NCBI GenBank assembly: GCA_028534125.1
Contig: CM052817.1
Span: forward strand, 72,108,001-72,172,000
DNA length: 64,000 nt
Direction: 5' to 3'
Source: Lama glama
Lineage: Eukaryota
Translations under genes and position numbers: made by a program
The notes under the pieces: model-generated
Seen by the model: only the letters and a program-made list of their open reading frames with translations
Database searches by the model: none
What the model was told of the DNA's origin: nothing
In this document: positions 1-13,420 of the stretch, piece after piece
How the letters are laid out: each line of letters starts with the position of its first letter
Numbering within the stretch: the stretch's first letter is position 1

Positions 1-3000
1 TTCAAAACCAACACGTTTGGTGGTAGGTTCATGTCTATAATCTTCCATTCTTGTACACAAAGGAAAAGTAATTTAGTTTCACATTATAGGCATATAAATT
101 TCCTGATATAAATTTTGTACTAATTCTAATCATTTTTCCTGGCTCTGTGTAGAAAGATACTCATCAACTAATCCGAGTTTGTCTTAATCTTAAATGTTTA
201 GAAAAAAATATTGGCAAAAGAATTATCATCATCTTACAATAAAAACACACACAAAATGAGGATATGATTTGTGTAAATATTTCACCATTTTGTATGGCCA
301 ACTGTAATTTCTCATAGCACATATTTTTCCTTCACAGTAATCCACTGTTTGTGTATTTAACAAAGTAAAGCTGAGAGATCCTGACTTTCATAAACTTCTT
401 AGCAGAATCTCTTGGCATTATAATTTGCCTGTTGACTTTTAGTCCTAATTGGTTCATTTATTTCAAGATGAAGCAACAAAAATTTTATAACTTGCTGATT
501 GATATTTTGCCTTCTATAGTATTGTTCTTTCTCAAACATTAGAATGTAGTGTTCAAGAATATTTGTTGTAAGCATGTCTTAAAAGATATTTCCCCAGGGC
601 AATATTCAGTTTCAAATTATGGTGATGATTTTGATGAAAAAAATGGGTGTTATAAGATGAATTTTTGTAGGTCAGTCAATGGGCCATTTTATAACAATAT
701 CATTCGTTTTCTCCAGGCCTTAGCATGTCTATGAAAAAAGCCAATGGAAAAAAAGGATAGATAAACTGGATTCCAAGTATTAATGTATCAATACATCATA
801 TATTTCAAGTTTCTTCCCCGTAAAATATGAGTTGGATTTTTTTTTAAAAAAAGGATAGTTTCTGAAATTTTAAAACCAATTTTATGAATATTTTGTAAAG
901 ATTCAGTTGCATAAAACATTTATAATCTACATGCAGTGATACTTAGATTAGTACTAGATTTAGAGTTGAGCTGCATGAAAGAACAAATGAATCTGTAGGA
1001 GAATTCTATAATATCTAGTTTAAAGGTGAAAATTCTGTGAGCCAATAACTATTTGTGTTAGGTGTAGCCTTAGTCATGACTCAAATCTCATTGAGACCTC
1101 TTATGAAAAAAGCATATCTCTTCCTTTGGCTTCAAGTATTAGACAGTAGTCTATTGTTTCAGATGCCTATCTCTAGGCTTGGACCAGTTTCTCCTCTCCC
1201 TGTTATCACTAAATCTCTTAGAAAGAGGGTGTTTTGGAGGAGGTGATATCTTCATGAGAAGAGAGAGAAAGTGACAGCAATTAAAAAGAGTAACACGACG
1301 GCTTGATGTATTAGAGAACTGTAAACATATTTTCATATCTGTCTGTCTACCTATTGACCTACCTGTGTAATCCATCTATCAGTCAAGCACACTTCCAAAG
1401 CTCATCTTTTAGTTCTGCTTCAGTTGGAATGCTTCTGTCTCCTGTTGATGGATAGTGTTCCAGGGCTTGTTGTAGTTACCAGTTTCCACATCCTTGTACA
1501 CAGAAAAAAGAAAAAAAAAACCCATGATGTATTATAATCAGACTCAGTCACATTGAATATTGTGGTTTCTATTTGATCCTGACTTGACTCACCAACCATC
1601 TCTATACCAGTGTCTCATTTTTAGAAAAGATTCCCCAAATAAGACATTTTAAGTTTACACCTAGAATTGCAGTAACTTTAAAGTTCTTAGATTATCTAGA
1701 TCTTTCCATTCCAGATATTATTTTAAATATAAAATTATTTTGCTGATACCTGTTCAAGTATTGAATCAGTTGTCACCAGTGCCCTTAATGTTCGGTAAGG
1801 GCAAATTTTCTCAGATACTGAATAGTCATTTAAATTACATTGTGGACATTTTCCTAAGAAGGATCCAAAATTCAATATTCAAAATATCCATAAAGTTATT
1901 TTCATCAAAATATTGCACATATTCGAATAAAAGCAGGTAATATTATAGGAAAAATTAAATCATGATGATATTATATAAATTCCTTAGTTTATCAAATATT
2001 TCTTTTACTTCTTAAAGTATGCATATTATCATCAGGTTTAAAAACTAGTGATTCATTAGATAAACTTTAGAGATATTCATTGTGATCATTCTTGGTATAA
2101 TGGAATTTTATCTTTGAATCAGAAATAACATCCTCTGGAAAGTTTTCCTAAATCTAAAAGTCTTTAGTTAATTGAAGTAGTCATCTACTGTTTTTTGTTT
2201 CTTTCAAAATAAACATCAATATTCATCTGATTCTTGATATACTGATTAAAAAACAAACAATGCCACTGTTTATTTTTTTATGTAAAATGCATTTCCTCTC
2301 TTTGCTTGTACAAAATAAAGAAATGGCATATTTTAAAGAACAGAAATGTAAAGTATTCTTTAGAAAAACCTATCATAATTGCAGATATTAATTGTCACTG
2401 AGTTAACACTCAGTTTATAACTGCTTTTGTCAACAATCCAGTGGCATATAAATTTTAATATAGCCTATATTGCTTTTAAAGAATGGTTTAGAACAAGTCA
2501 ACTGTTCTGACGTCACATAGAACAAGACTGGTGCCAAAATGACAAATACTTTTCTCTGTTAATAAATGATGTATTATCACTTTTTGAAGTTGATCCTCTG
2601 CTAGGAACATAGAAAGAAGTACACTTAATAACTTGATTTATTTTGTACAATTTAATGAAGAAACTGGTTCAGACAAGCCTGTTTGAAATAGTTTTCCAGA
2701 GAAGTAAATACTCTTACTTTATAAATGTCATGTTTATTTTTTAAAGTTTCATAGTTTATTTGAAAATATTCTTTTTTATACCGTTTTTTCAAGGAGTCCC
2801 ATTTCAGACATACATGTCGCAAAACTTAAAACTATTAGCAATGGTTCTGTTATTGTAAATAAACATATCTGGTCAAAATCTATTTTAAATTCTCTTCAGT
2901 GGGGTACTATGTGTGTGATAGCAGTATTTTTTAGTCATTAAATTAACAAATTAAATAAAATTGTCTACATCTTCAAAGCTGCTTTTTAAAAACAGTTCTT

Positions 3001-3132
3001 TGCCAATATGGCAAAGAATAAACAATTTCCTTCCCCAATGATTAGAGTGGTTTTGAGCTACCACCCCAAATGCCCAGCACTTCCACGCTCCGGCTGGAGA
3101 GCGTGGAGATATGAGCTTGCAGGTTCTGGGAA

Positions 3133-3155
3133 TTTTCTTCTTCCCACAGGTACGT
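3133..3155 (+). other. Juxtaposed 3'/5' splice signal (candidate recursive splice site, or donor of an upstream exon)
   Basis: TTTTCTTCTTCCCACAG|GTACGT: pyrimidine tract plus CAG (AG 3148-3149) immediately followed by a good donor. Confidence 0.3.
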
Positions 3156-4529
3156 GTACCCACTTAATGAAATTCAGAGCCTTCCCAGGAATAAAGCTCT
3201 CAGGAGAATCCAGGACCTTCAATATTAATTGTGAGCATTCTAGAATGCTGTACTGTGTAAAGCAGTCATTGCAAATTTAGAGTAAAACAAACAGCAAAAC
3301 CCAAACAAACCAAAACAGTCTGTGTCCCCTGATATGTTGCTAATTTTTTTAAAATGAGTACTAAACTGTTTATTTTTATCTCACGTATAATCTAACCAGA
3401 CTAGTTACCCATGTCTTAAAAAGGCAAATCCTTGTGTTGTCATCTTTGCATCAGTCAATTTTTTTTTATTGCACTTATCCCAACTTAAGTGCAACCCAAA
3501 TATTCATGATATATCAATACTCAATGTGTGTATGCCCAGGTATTAGGATAAGAAACAAATGTATTTTAGAGGTTATACACAGTTGATCTACATGGCTAAG
3601 CCATAATTGATTTATTTTATTATTGTGAAAGTAATGTCTCAAATAAAATTTCATTCAAAAATCCAAATTTTTCATATTGAATGATTTATAGGGTTTGTGA
3701 TTTCTTAGTAGTTAAACATATTAGGCTTATTTTGAATCTAGTGACACACACTGTTCCTTGTATGGAATGCTGGGATTGTGATGGAATGCAGAGATAGAAT
3801 GGTGTTGAAATAAAGGAAACTACTCCGTAAGAGTCGTAAGAAAGATTAAGAATGTTATGAATTGTTTTCTGGCTTTGAAGTGTGCCACCTTTAATATGAG
3901 TGTTTTGTCTTATATTGTCTTTCTATGGTATTAAACTTTGACTTAGTGGTTACTGCCAAATCCATCTCTTTTTTTCCTGAAATGATTTAGCTGTAATAAG
4001 AAACTTGTTTTTCTTTTCTCCCTTTTACACTTTTTCTGCACAACTTTGCTTTATTCTTTAACCCCTCCTCCCCAAATCCAAATGAAGTATCACGACTTTT
4101 AGACTTCAAAGCAATTTTTTTTTTAAAGTCCAGTTACTCACTTGAAAGAAAGTGTAACTCTCTTCCATGCGGTATATGATTTGTTCTTCTAAATAAGCTA
4201 CATCAGCAATTTGAATTTATTTCTAGAATGTTGGTGGGAAAATTGATTTAAAATACTTTTAAAGTTAATGGTGCATTAGAAGTTTTCTTTTTTTCTCTCT
4301 AGTTTATCTAGACTGGTTTAAGAGGCCCAAATAAAACTTGGGTGCTGAGATGAAAGTATTTTATAAAAATAAGGCACTAGAAGTTTTTGAACTTATTTTG
4401 GAAATCTAACAAGGTTTCTAAGTTTGTTCTCAGGATACAATTTAAAGGGTAAATAATTATTGCATAGGGTAAAATAGGAGCTAATGTGGGTAAACTTTTG
4501 GAAAGCACAATCTCTGTACATTTTATTGA

Positions 4530-4603
4530 CCAACTGTCTGGCCCAGTACTAGGCATGCAGAAAACCATCAGTATCTACTTCCGGAATTGTACTGAACTGA
4601 ATT
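4530..4603 (+). mobile_element. L2 LINE 3' terminal fragment
   Basis: Degenerate match to the L2 tail (…cagtactaggcatgcag…cagtatctact…tgaactgaatt). Confidence 0.4.
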
Positions 4604-5727
4604 TTGACAGCAGCGGAGCAAGGTCTCGATCACAGCAAGAAGGTCTCACATCTTAAGGTTTCCCTTTCTTATGGTAAACAAACCTAGGTAAACTTAAACA
4701 TTGAAACTTATCTGCCATTAATTTTTCTGTAAATTTTAATTTTTATTCAATAATCCTCAAGAGATTGATGGTCATTAACAGTTAATAAATGAAAGATAAA
4801 ACTTGCCTTGACAATAAGCCAAGAGGACTATTAGTACAAATCTGGATATTTTCCACTTTATTCCTCTCTTCCTGACACATACTTTCCTTTTCTTTCAAAA
4901 TTTAGTAAGAGAAGGAACTTCGATTGAAGACAAAGTTTTCTAACCAGTCTTTTTACATTTACCACCTTGATTGCTAAGGACATCCCTTCACTGGTTTAGG
5001 ACCCATTTATGATCTTCAAATTCAAAATAAAGATAGTATTTTTGTAAATAATCCTTTCTAATTTAGCATTTTATAACAGCAAATTTATAAATATATTAAT
5101 GAGCACATTTAGGAAAAAACACTTGAACTTCTATTTTGTCTCTATAATGATGAATACTTTGTTTTTTTCTTTAAGTGTTTAGCAAAATGTCTTATACAGA
5201 GTAAGAATTTAGTAAGTTTGTTGTAAGAAGAATACAATTACTTTTGACAAGACAATTAGGTCTGTGACAGTTACCCCATTATGCAGCCCAAAAGTAGAAA
5301 TGTCCTATATTCTATCACTGGAAGTACTTAGCACAATATACATTTAAAAATCTGTGAATCATTTTTAAAATCTCTAAAATCAACTAAGGAAATCCAGCTG
5401 GAGTTTTTGTTGATCTTACTTTATGTTAAAGCTGCCTCTTCAGGTATGTAGTATGTGTAGACACGTAGACACACATTTAGTATGAACGTGTAAACATATA
5501 TACTGTGGGTGTATGTTTGTATACATAGGAAGTAAACACATGCATGAAGTGTATATATGCATTTAAAGTAAATCATACTTTCTGTTTTACATGGTGTTTT
5601 CATGGGTACTTTATTTTCCTCATTTTTGATTGATCTCCAGTTGGCAGTATCGCCCAGCATTTCAGCTCTAATTTTTTTGCTCCCATAGCCTCTTTGTCAA
5701 GTAGCTAATGATCTGTAAGCAAACACT

Positions 5728-5749
5728 TAAATAGGGAGCTCCCTATTTA
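5728..5749. repeat. Perfect 22-bp palindrome
   Basis: TAAATAGGGAG|CTCCCTATTTA, read directly. Confidence 0.95.
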
Positions 5750-6894
5750 CAGGACGCCATCTGTGAATTCTTTTGTGATGTGAATAATCACATCCTAATT
5801 TATCTGTTTTCCAAGTGATCCGGTTTTCTTAAAGAAAAGCTATCTCTGGAGGTATTATTTTAGAATATGAAAACAAAGAAAATCGATCTCTCAGGTGCCC
5901 CTGCTGTTTAAAAGTATTGAAGAAAATTCTACCAAGATTTAAGAACACATGTGATGACGTAGGAAACATACAATTAATAACAAAGCAGAACCCTCTGTTA
6001 GGACCATACAGATCAAGGCCAATGAGGAAATTCAAAGCTAGGGCTGTTTAATATGCAATAATATATTCCTATAATTCATGATAATTTGTTGTGAAGATAT
6101 AGCTAAATGCTACTCCATATTTTGGAGTAAAATAAAACCCCTAATTATCTGGAAAATTTACTGCTCCCCTCTTTCCTCACATCTCTTTGTATTTATAAAA
6201 ATATGGTTATTTTTAAAAATATTGTATAATTAAACCCTAAATATATATATTCAGTGTAATTTATTTCACCATCAAGTTTTAGGTAGGAGAGGATCACTAG
6301 TCTGGTGTACGAAAGCTTTTACAGAGACCAATGGTTAGAGTCATTATGGCTTAGGAAAACCTGAAGTGGTTTCTATGGAAACCATGACAGTTAAGCAATG
6401 AAATAATTTAAAATAGTATTTAATATTTGTATCTACTTCCTCTATAATAAAAATAGCAACCTAAACTTTTCAGGTAATTATAAATTTTTTCCCAAAGTGC
6501 TGTATTTTAAAATCCCTTTAATTATACAGATATAAATTAATATGACAAAGTACTGTACCTATGAGGAAAAGGGAACGCAACTCATTTCTTCACAGACATA
6601 TAGACAGTTTTATCCAAGGGCTGTATGAAACTGATGCCCAAAGTACACTGGCTAAACATTATAGTAAAATTTGGAGGGAAAATGCAGAATTTTGTTAATA
6701 TGCTCAATTAACGATCATTGATTATAAGTATTTCATAAATTCTATAAGGGATTCAATTAAAATTAATAATTTTGTTTATCTGTATTTGACTGAAGTTTTT
6801 TTTTTGGTGGGAGGAACTTGGTAGTAGAATGTTGTTCCTTGTTTTGTGAGAGTAAAATTAAGTCTTACTAACTAATATCAATGTCTCATTTCAG

Positions 6895-6965
6895 GAGGAT
6901 AAAAATATGCCTATTTAGGAACATATTTTGATACATAGTAGATTTCTTGAAGGCCATATGGAGGG
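6895..6965 (+). other. Candidate 71-nt non-coding, 5'UTR or poison exon
   Basis: Branch point TACTAAC 6866-6872, acceptor TTTCAG|G, donor GG|GTAAGT; stops in all three frames. Confidence 0.45.
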
Positions 6966-7059
6966 GTAAGTATAAATTTTTTCTAAAGCTTCCATTAAAG
7001 GCCTGAACAGATATTTTAAAATAAGATGATTTTTTATTTTCTAAGGACATTTCTTCATA

Positions 7060-7080
7060 TGTGTATGTGTGTGTGTGTGT
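7060..7080. repeat. (GT)n microsatellite
   Basis: tgtgtatgtgtgtgtgtgtgt. Confidence 0.85.
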
Positions 7081-10000
7081 ATAGCTTTCCTGGAAAACCT
7101 AAAAGATCTCCAGTTTTTATTTTCTAAAATCTTGTGCTATTTTAAAATGTGAAATTCATCAAAGCATGTTTAAACTAGCATCTCAGAATTTAGTTTATCA
7201 CTGAAAGCAAATACTTTTATGAAACATCCAACTGTTTCTTAAAATGGCATAAAAATGCTTGCAGTGGGGAATCTAAGATATTAGTGCTATAGCACTATTT
7301 TTGTGATGTGTGTTTTCCCCCATCTTTTCCGTGCAATTATAAATTTTATAAGCATTTCCCTGTCAGATATGATCTCAGAAATTTGCTCTCCAATTTGTAT
7401 AATATCAGGAGTATCTACAAGGACCTGAAAAATAGAATCTGGTTGGAAATAATCCACTGTAATCCCAATACAGAAATCAAGGGAGAAAATGGTCACAGCA
7501 ATAAATTATTCTTTCATTCACTCTTGTTACCTTGAGTCCACCAATTTTTTCAAATCCCCCTGATTAAGGCCACTGCCTACCACCTCATTCAAAAAAAATG
7601 TCTTAACTAAAATTGCAGGAAACTATCAAGTAAGCAAATTAGGTCAACAATTTTGATTTGGTTTTAGAATTGTGAAAGTCATTTAAAATATTCTTAGAGA
7701 ACCGATTATGAATATGGCACGAAGCAACAGCTCTCAATTTCCGGTTATAAATTGTATAAAAAAGGCCAGAAATTTTAGAATATGGCTCAGATACTCTGAC
7801 CCTGTAATTCTCAGTAATAAAGTGTGTAATGTTTTACTCTCCTCATTTTAGTGCATAATAAATTTAATGTTTTCAAAAGTGAGTATTTATTTAGGGTTAC
7901 AGTATAGTCTGTACGTTAGAGCTACATTTTGCATGCCCTTCTGTAAAGAACAGAATGGTCATAGAGGATTAGTGTAGCCAGTTTTCATTAAAGAATCTAT
8001 CAAGCTTAAAAAAATATTAACATATTGCAACTGGAGTATTGTATTAAAAAGCCTTCTTCAGTCCTCGAAAAGTTTCAGAAACAATGAAAAGGGCAGTATT
8101 GTGAGAGAACTCAGTGCCTCACTCGAGCGCAGTGGCTTTGATAGTAATAATGTCAATCCACACATTTGAAGGATTAAAACTGAACCTGTTGTTTGTGTTT
8201 AGCATATTGTAAGTTTCAAAGCCTTACCATTTTACAGCTGCTGTGGATCAGTAAATTGAAGTTTCTTTCTGATCTCCTCTAAACACCGGGTTTCTGTTTT
8301 CTGTGGAGGGAGCAACACTTCTAGGGACAGTGGGGACACGTACTGCCTCCTGACTTTATTCTCTGGGTAGTTGGATCATGACGAACAGGTACTCACAGCG
8401 CGGTGCCCCAGTGCCAGTCACTGAGTATGAGACTCCCGTTTGGTATGTTCCTACTTTACAGAGACACTCTTAAGTAGTTCTGAAGTTCCCAGATTCAATT
8501 AAATTTCATTTTTTCATACTTACTGTATTCATTTTCTGTCATAGAAATAAATGTTTTCGAATTGTATATAATTTCTCAAATTCAAAATGCCCGTGGAGCA
8601 ACATAATTTTATGAAAATGTATTATTTCCTAGCTTCATGCTTTCATAGACTGTAGACTGCTTTGGTGTGTGTGTTAATAGTGCTTCGATTTGTTTAAAAA
8701 TGCAGCTATTTAGTAATATGAGTTTTTATTGCTGACAATAAAAATTGACTATGCAGTATGATAATGTTTTTTTCTGACCTGATATACAAAATAAAAGCTT
8801 TGCTTATTTATTTGATTAAAACGAGAAACTGCAAGGGCATTCAGGTTTGTGTTGTATAGAATAGAACTTATTTTATCTGTCACTTTCATAACCTTTAAAG
8901 AGCCTTAAATAGTACATATGAAAAACACATTCATATCAGGTTCCCCTTGGGGATTTTTTCTTTGGTTTAAGAAAATTTTATTAAAAATCGGCATTGCAAA
9001 TAACATTTTTCATAACTATATGTAGACCTGTTAAAATTTTTATTAAAACTGGAGTTCGGCCTGTTCTTTTTCATCATTCTATCAGATATTAAACTCCTGC
9101 AGCAGCTGTAGGAAATAGAGAAAGGGATTTTCAAAGGGATTTGAGTCTCCCTGTCTCTGTGCCTTTAGTGATCATATTATCATAACTATCACACATAACA
9201 AAGCTCTAAATCTGTAATTCAGATAAAGTAGTCAGGACTCTGAAATACAAAAATCCAAACATATGCCGTAACATTTTTTTGCAATGCTGGCTCTTTTAAC
9301 ATGGATTTTGTAAACTTGGAGAGGCATTCAAGAGATTTTGTATATGAACACAAACTACACAACATTGGTAGCAGTGTGTTTGACAGAGATTTAATTAGAG
9401 GTATTTTCATACATCCAAGCAGTTCCATTAAAAGACCATGGCTGCATGTGCTAGCAAATTATGATCAAACCTCTAAAGGTTAATAAGAATGAAATCAGAA
9501 GCTTGTTTTCAAGCCAGGTCTATACTGGATCTTTGTCTAACTCTTCAATTGAGGCTGAGGTCTCTCTCAAGAGAGCAACATTCCTTAAATGCAGTGTTAA
9601 AAATGGTAAGTGTGACCACATAACTCCTTTGTGAATTAAGTAGGTTAAAAATGAGGGTGATAAAACTGTGAATGGGCTGAAATAGAAATTAAAATTACAC
9701 AAAAAGAATTTTGTGAGTTTTTTCCTCACATTTATAGGACAAATTTAAAACTTGATGTCTACGTAAAAAGGTTTGCGCTCTGAAAGTTGGTAAGACTCAC
9801 ATCAGAATTTCCAACCAGTTTGTAAATGAGCAGCTATATGTATATATTTATTGTAACAGTGCCTTCTGCTGGTCACACCTTATTTATGATGTAAGTGAGT
9901 ATACTGAATAGTAATGAAAACTTGCATTTATCCTAAATTATTCTTGGGTATATTTATTGCCTTGATTAAAGTATTTCTGTGAATTGCAACTTTTATGCAT

Positions 10001-10902
10001 AAGAAATACAGTGTCTTAGAGATTAGCACATTTTATTTCTGTTATACTTCAGCAGTAATTAGACCTTTTGAAAAGTTTCTCCTAGGGGGAAAATTATTTC
10101 CAAAGTAAGACAACTTGAAATGTGGAATATTTTCACCTGTTTATTTTTATTGTTTTTCTGATTTTGAAATTGATCTTGTACTTACTGGCATTTTTCTTTT
10201 TAGCTTTTCAGTCACATTGTATCTAATTAAAATTAGTAGAATCTTTATATATTTATCAATATCTATAAAATTTTTGAATTGTGACATTTATTTCTAAATT
10301 GAGAAATACAGCAGAATTTAAAATATAATTTAACTGACAAAACATTTTTAGTGAAAATTGTATAAGATTCTTCTAAATATGAAGGCATAACAAAGGTGGT
10401 TGGTTTTAAATTTGCTTTGAAAAAGAATCACATAATCAAAAAGAGAAGCATGTAGATTTGTGAATAAAAGTTGTATTTTTCAAAAAAATAGAATAGCTCT
10501 TGTGACATTAAGTAATTCATCTTTAGTATACAATAAAGATGCCAATAAAATCCATTTATGAACCCATATTTCAATTTTAATTATTTAACAAAGAGTGTAC
10601 ATAGATAATTATAGAATAATTGTTTTTCTACCAAAAATGCTCCAATTAATTTTACAGGGGAATAATTTACACTGAATGAGATGTCATGCTGCAATAACCT
10701 TTTAAAAAAATTTTGGACATTTGACAATCTGTGATAAATTTAAAATCTCTCCTGTGGGAAAAATATTTTACATTGGTTTCTTAAGTGTTAAATCTTGCTT
10801 TTATTGCTTGAAGCAACATTTTACAGAAGCTTTATCACACAAATTAAAATTCTGAGTATCTGATCAAATTTATTCTTTTCATTAGAAAAAATTACTTCAG
10901 TA

Positions 10903-11080
10903 GGGATAATTCTGCTTATGTTAGACATGCTGTAAATCAGAAGGAAACTTCATGATGCCCTATACCACACACATTGCACAGGAGGGCTCACTGGTGCTAA
11001 CTCAACTAAAATCAGAGAAACTTCCTGAAGACTGAATCCCAACAGGGGCAAATTGTTAGGATGCTCAATTCAGAATTTGG
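10903..11080. mobile_element. Possible very old non-autonomous DNA transposon (Harbinger-type amniote MITE-like)
   Basis: Short inverted ends AATTCTG (10908-10914) / CAGAATT (11071-11077); internal tgtaaatcag…aacttcat resembles recalled reptile-type MITEs. Confidence 0.25.
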
Positions 11081-11555
11081 AATAACCCACGTGACCGTAA
11101 TGTTCAACAGAGAAAACACCATATGTTTATTTCCTCCCAGTTATTTATTCCAATAATCATCTTCTCTAGTAGTGAAATGCTGTCATTACATCTTAACATG
11201 AATGGAAGAAAGGTCAGAATGAGAAACACAAAGTACAGTATTTTTAGAATACTGTTCCAGTGAGATTTGAATCAACGAAGAAAAAAATTTTAATAGAAGA
11301 AGGAGCTAGAAAAGGAGTGGTTAAAGATGAAAGGGCTCTGTTTCAGACTTAGACACCAGCATCTTCAGTCTTTCCTGTGGAAGAAATCCCTCATTTGCTT
11401 TACAATGATTGCATCCGTTTTGTTTACTGTGTGGCATCCATAACAAGGGTAGAGGTGTTCCTTGTCAGATTTTGGGTTTTGGCAATTGAGGTGCATATAT
11501 ACCTTCCCAAACAAGTGTCTAGTTGCTGTGTATCCATGCGGGACTATTTCCATCT

Positions 11556-11742
11556 TATATGTGCACATTTACACTTGTATAGATGCATCCATGAATAATG
11601 AACTGTGGAAATGTGTGCACAAGGACATAGAAAGAGACAATACATGACAGTGGGCAGTTAATGCACGTTCATTTCCATGAGTTAGGGATAACTGCATAAT
11701 TCATGAATGGCAGAGAAAAGTCACAAGTGTGAATTGCATATG
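11556..11742. repeat. Degenerate ~190-bp inverted repeat (ancient palindromic element)
   Basis: Three nested, correctly ordered arm pairs: 11556-11578/11723-11742, 11586-11603/11692-11709, 11606-11619/11662-11677. Confidence 0.6.
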
Positions 11743-13139
11743 GGCAACTTAATATATGTTTAATGGTGTCCCTACCATGCTAGTTAAAGGACACGTTTAA
11801 ACTTCCATCAATTGTAGTTTGGGATTAAATCATTTTAAGTGGTATTATCGATAGGAATAAAAAATCTGCTCAACGTAATGTAATTTTTTCCTAATAAGGA
11901 TAGAATATTTATAATCATTATATTCTGTTTCTGCTTAATTTCCCAGCACACTGGGTTTTTGTATTTTGTATTAACTATGATTTATTCATATTTTATTTTC
12001 TGCAAGGCATTCATATAAACAAAGTTGAGTTCTCATTTTTTTTTGTTTTTGAAATTACCTTGTGCCATTCCTTAAGCTGTTAAATTCACTGAAGACATTC
12101 AGATCATATTTGTACCACATTTAACATACATAGGGTTGTAATGATGATGGGGATTCCACAGAGAATAGTGATCTTTAGTTAGAACTTTAGACAAATCAGT
12201 AGTTTCTTGAATTGTATAATATAATTCCCTACGCTTTTGTTTTTCTTGGTTGGTAGATTTAAACCATAGTACTCAGTAATTAAATATTCATTGAGAAATA
12301 CTTTCTAGTGTTATTTAAATAGCACAGATAAATGAAGCAGTTAAGATGCTTCCATCAGGAGAGCAATGAGTTAGCAATTTTAAAAGATTTTGAATTCAAA
12401 GTGCTGTCTTGCCCAATAATAACACTGAGTTCTTATGGGGAATGGGTAGTTGTATATTTACACACTTTTACACGCTGGATACGAATGCTAAATCCATATG
12501 CCAACTGACAGACCTAAAACTGTCCCTGGGAGTTATAAATTTTTATCATCACTCTGAGGAGTCAAATTTAACCTTATGCTTTATAATTAAAGTCCAGTAT
12601 GTAAGGAGATCTCAATGCCCTGCTCCATTTCCTCCTTTCCCGGGCAACTTCACAAACACAAATTAGTAGCTGTTCACATGGGTGCCCTGTGCTCCTACCG
12701 CACCCTGTGTGTCACTGTGCACCTGAGAGGAAGCAAAAGCGTTGAATCTGTCATCTCAAAGACAAAAGCATTCAGAATTTAGACAGAAACCACTACATAT
12801 TAGTTCTCCAAGATCCGTGCTACTTAATATATTTTCTTGTGTAGGACGAAAAGCACTTGACAGTCAAATCTATAGTCCCTTACATTACATAATTGTAAGA
12901 TGTACCCTTGTAAAGTACTAGAGGGAGAAGAATATTTTAAGTAGAATGAACCTAACACTGTGTCATTAATGAAATACAGGACAGAATTTCTGTCTCTATC
13001 ATTGAAATGTCTACAGTTTGTTAACACTGGAAAACATACTTTTCCTCTTCTACTCATTGGAACGGGCTAATGGCTCATTTTCAGGGTGGTGGTTGGAGAT
13101 TCCATGGGCAATATTATTATACTCATTCTTGGGCATCAG

Positions 13140-13420
13140 ACAGGTATTTACCAGTTTGGTTCAGGTTGTCGAGGACAACAGGAATGTTGCTATGCTGCGT
13201 CTCCAAGCCGCGGGGATGAAATCAGTTGCGACAAAGCAGTGCAGATTAAATTTGTAACAGATACAACACCTTTGAAGTACTAGCTTGTGATTTCACAGTG
13301 GCATTATAAGTCTTATTGCAGTATTTAAGCAGTTAGAAAGAATGCCGGTTATTAGCAGTTGAATTTTGTAAAATAGGATTTTATTGTCTTTAACTAGCCA
13401 TGACAGCAGTTTGTATTATC
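13140..13420. promoter_or_regulatory. Candidate conserved non-coding element / enhancer
   Basis: Unique sequence with retained CpGs; TCF/LEF CCTTTGAAG 13269-13277; MEIS-type TGACAG 13401-13406. Confidence 0.35.

Noticed and set aside
3008..3280. 90-aa ATG-initiated ORF
   Set aside because: No recognisable homology or promoter context; length is compatible with chance
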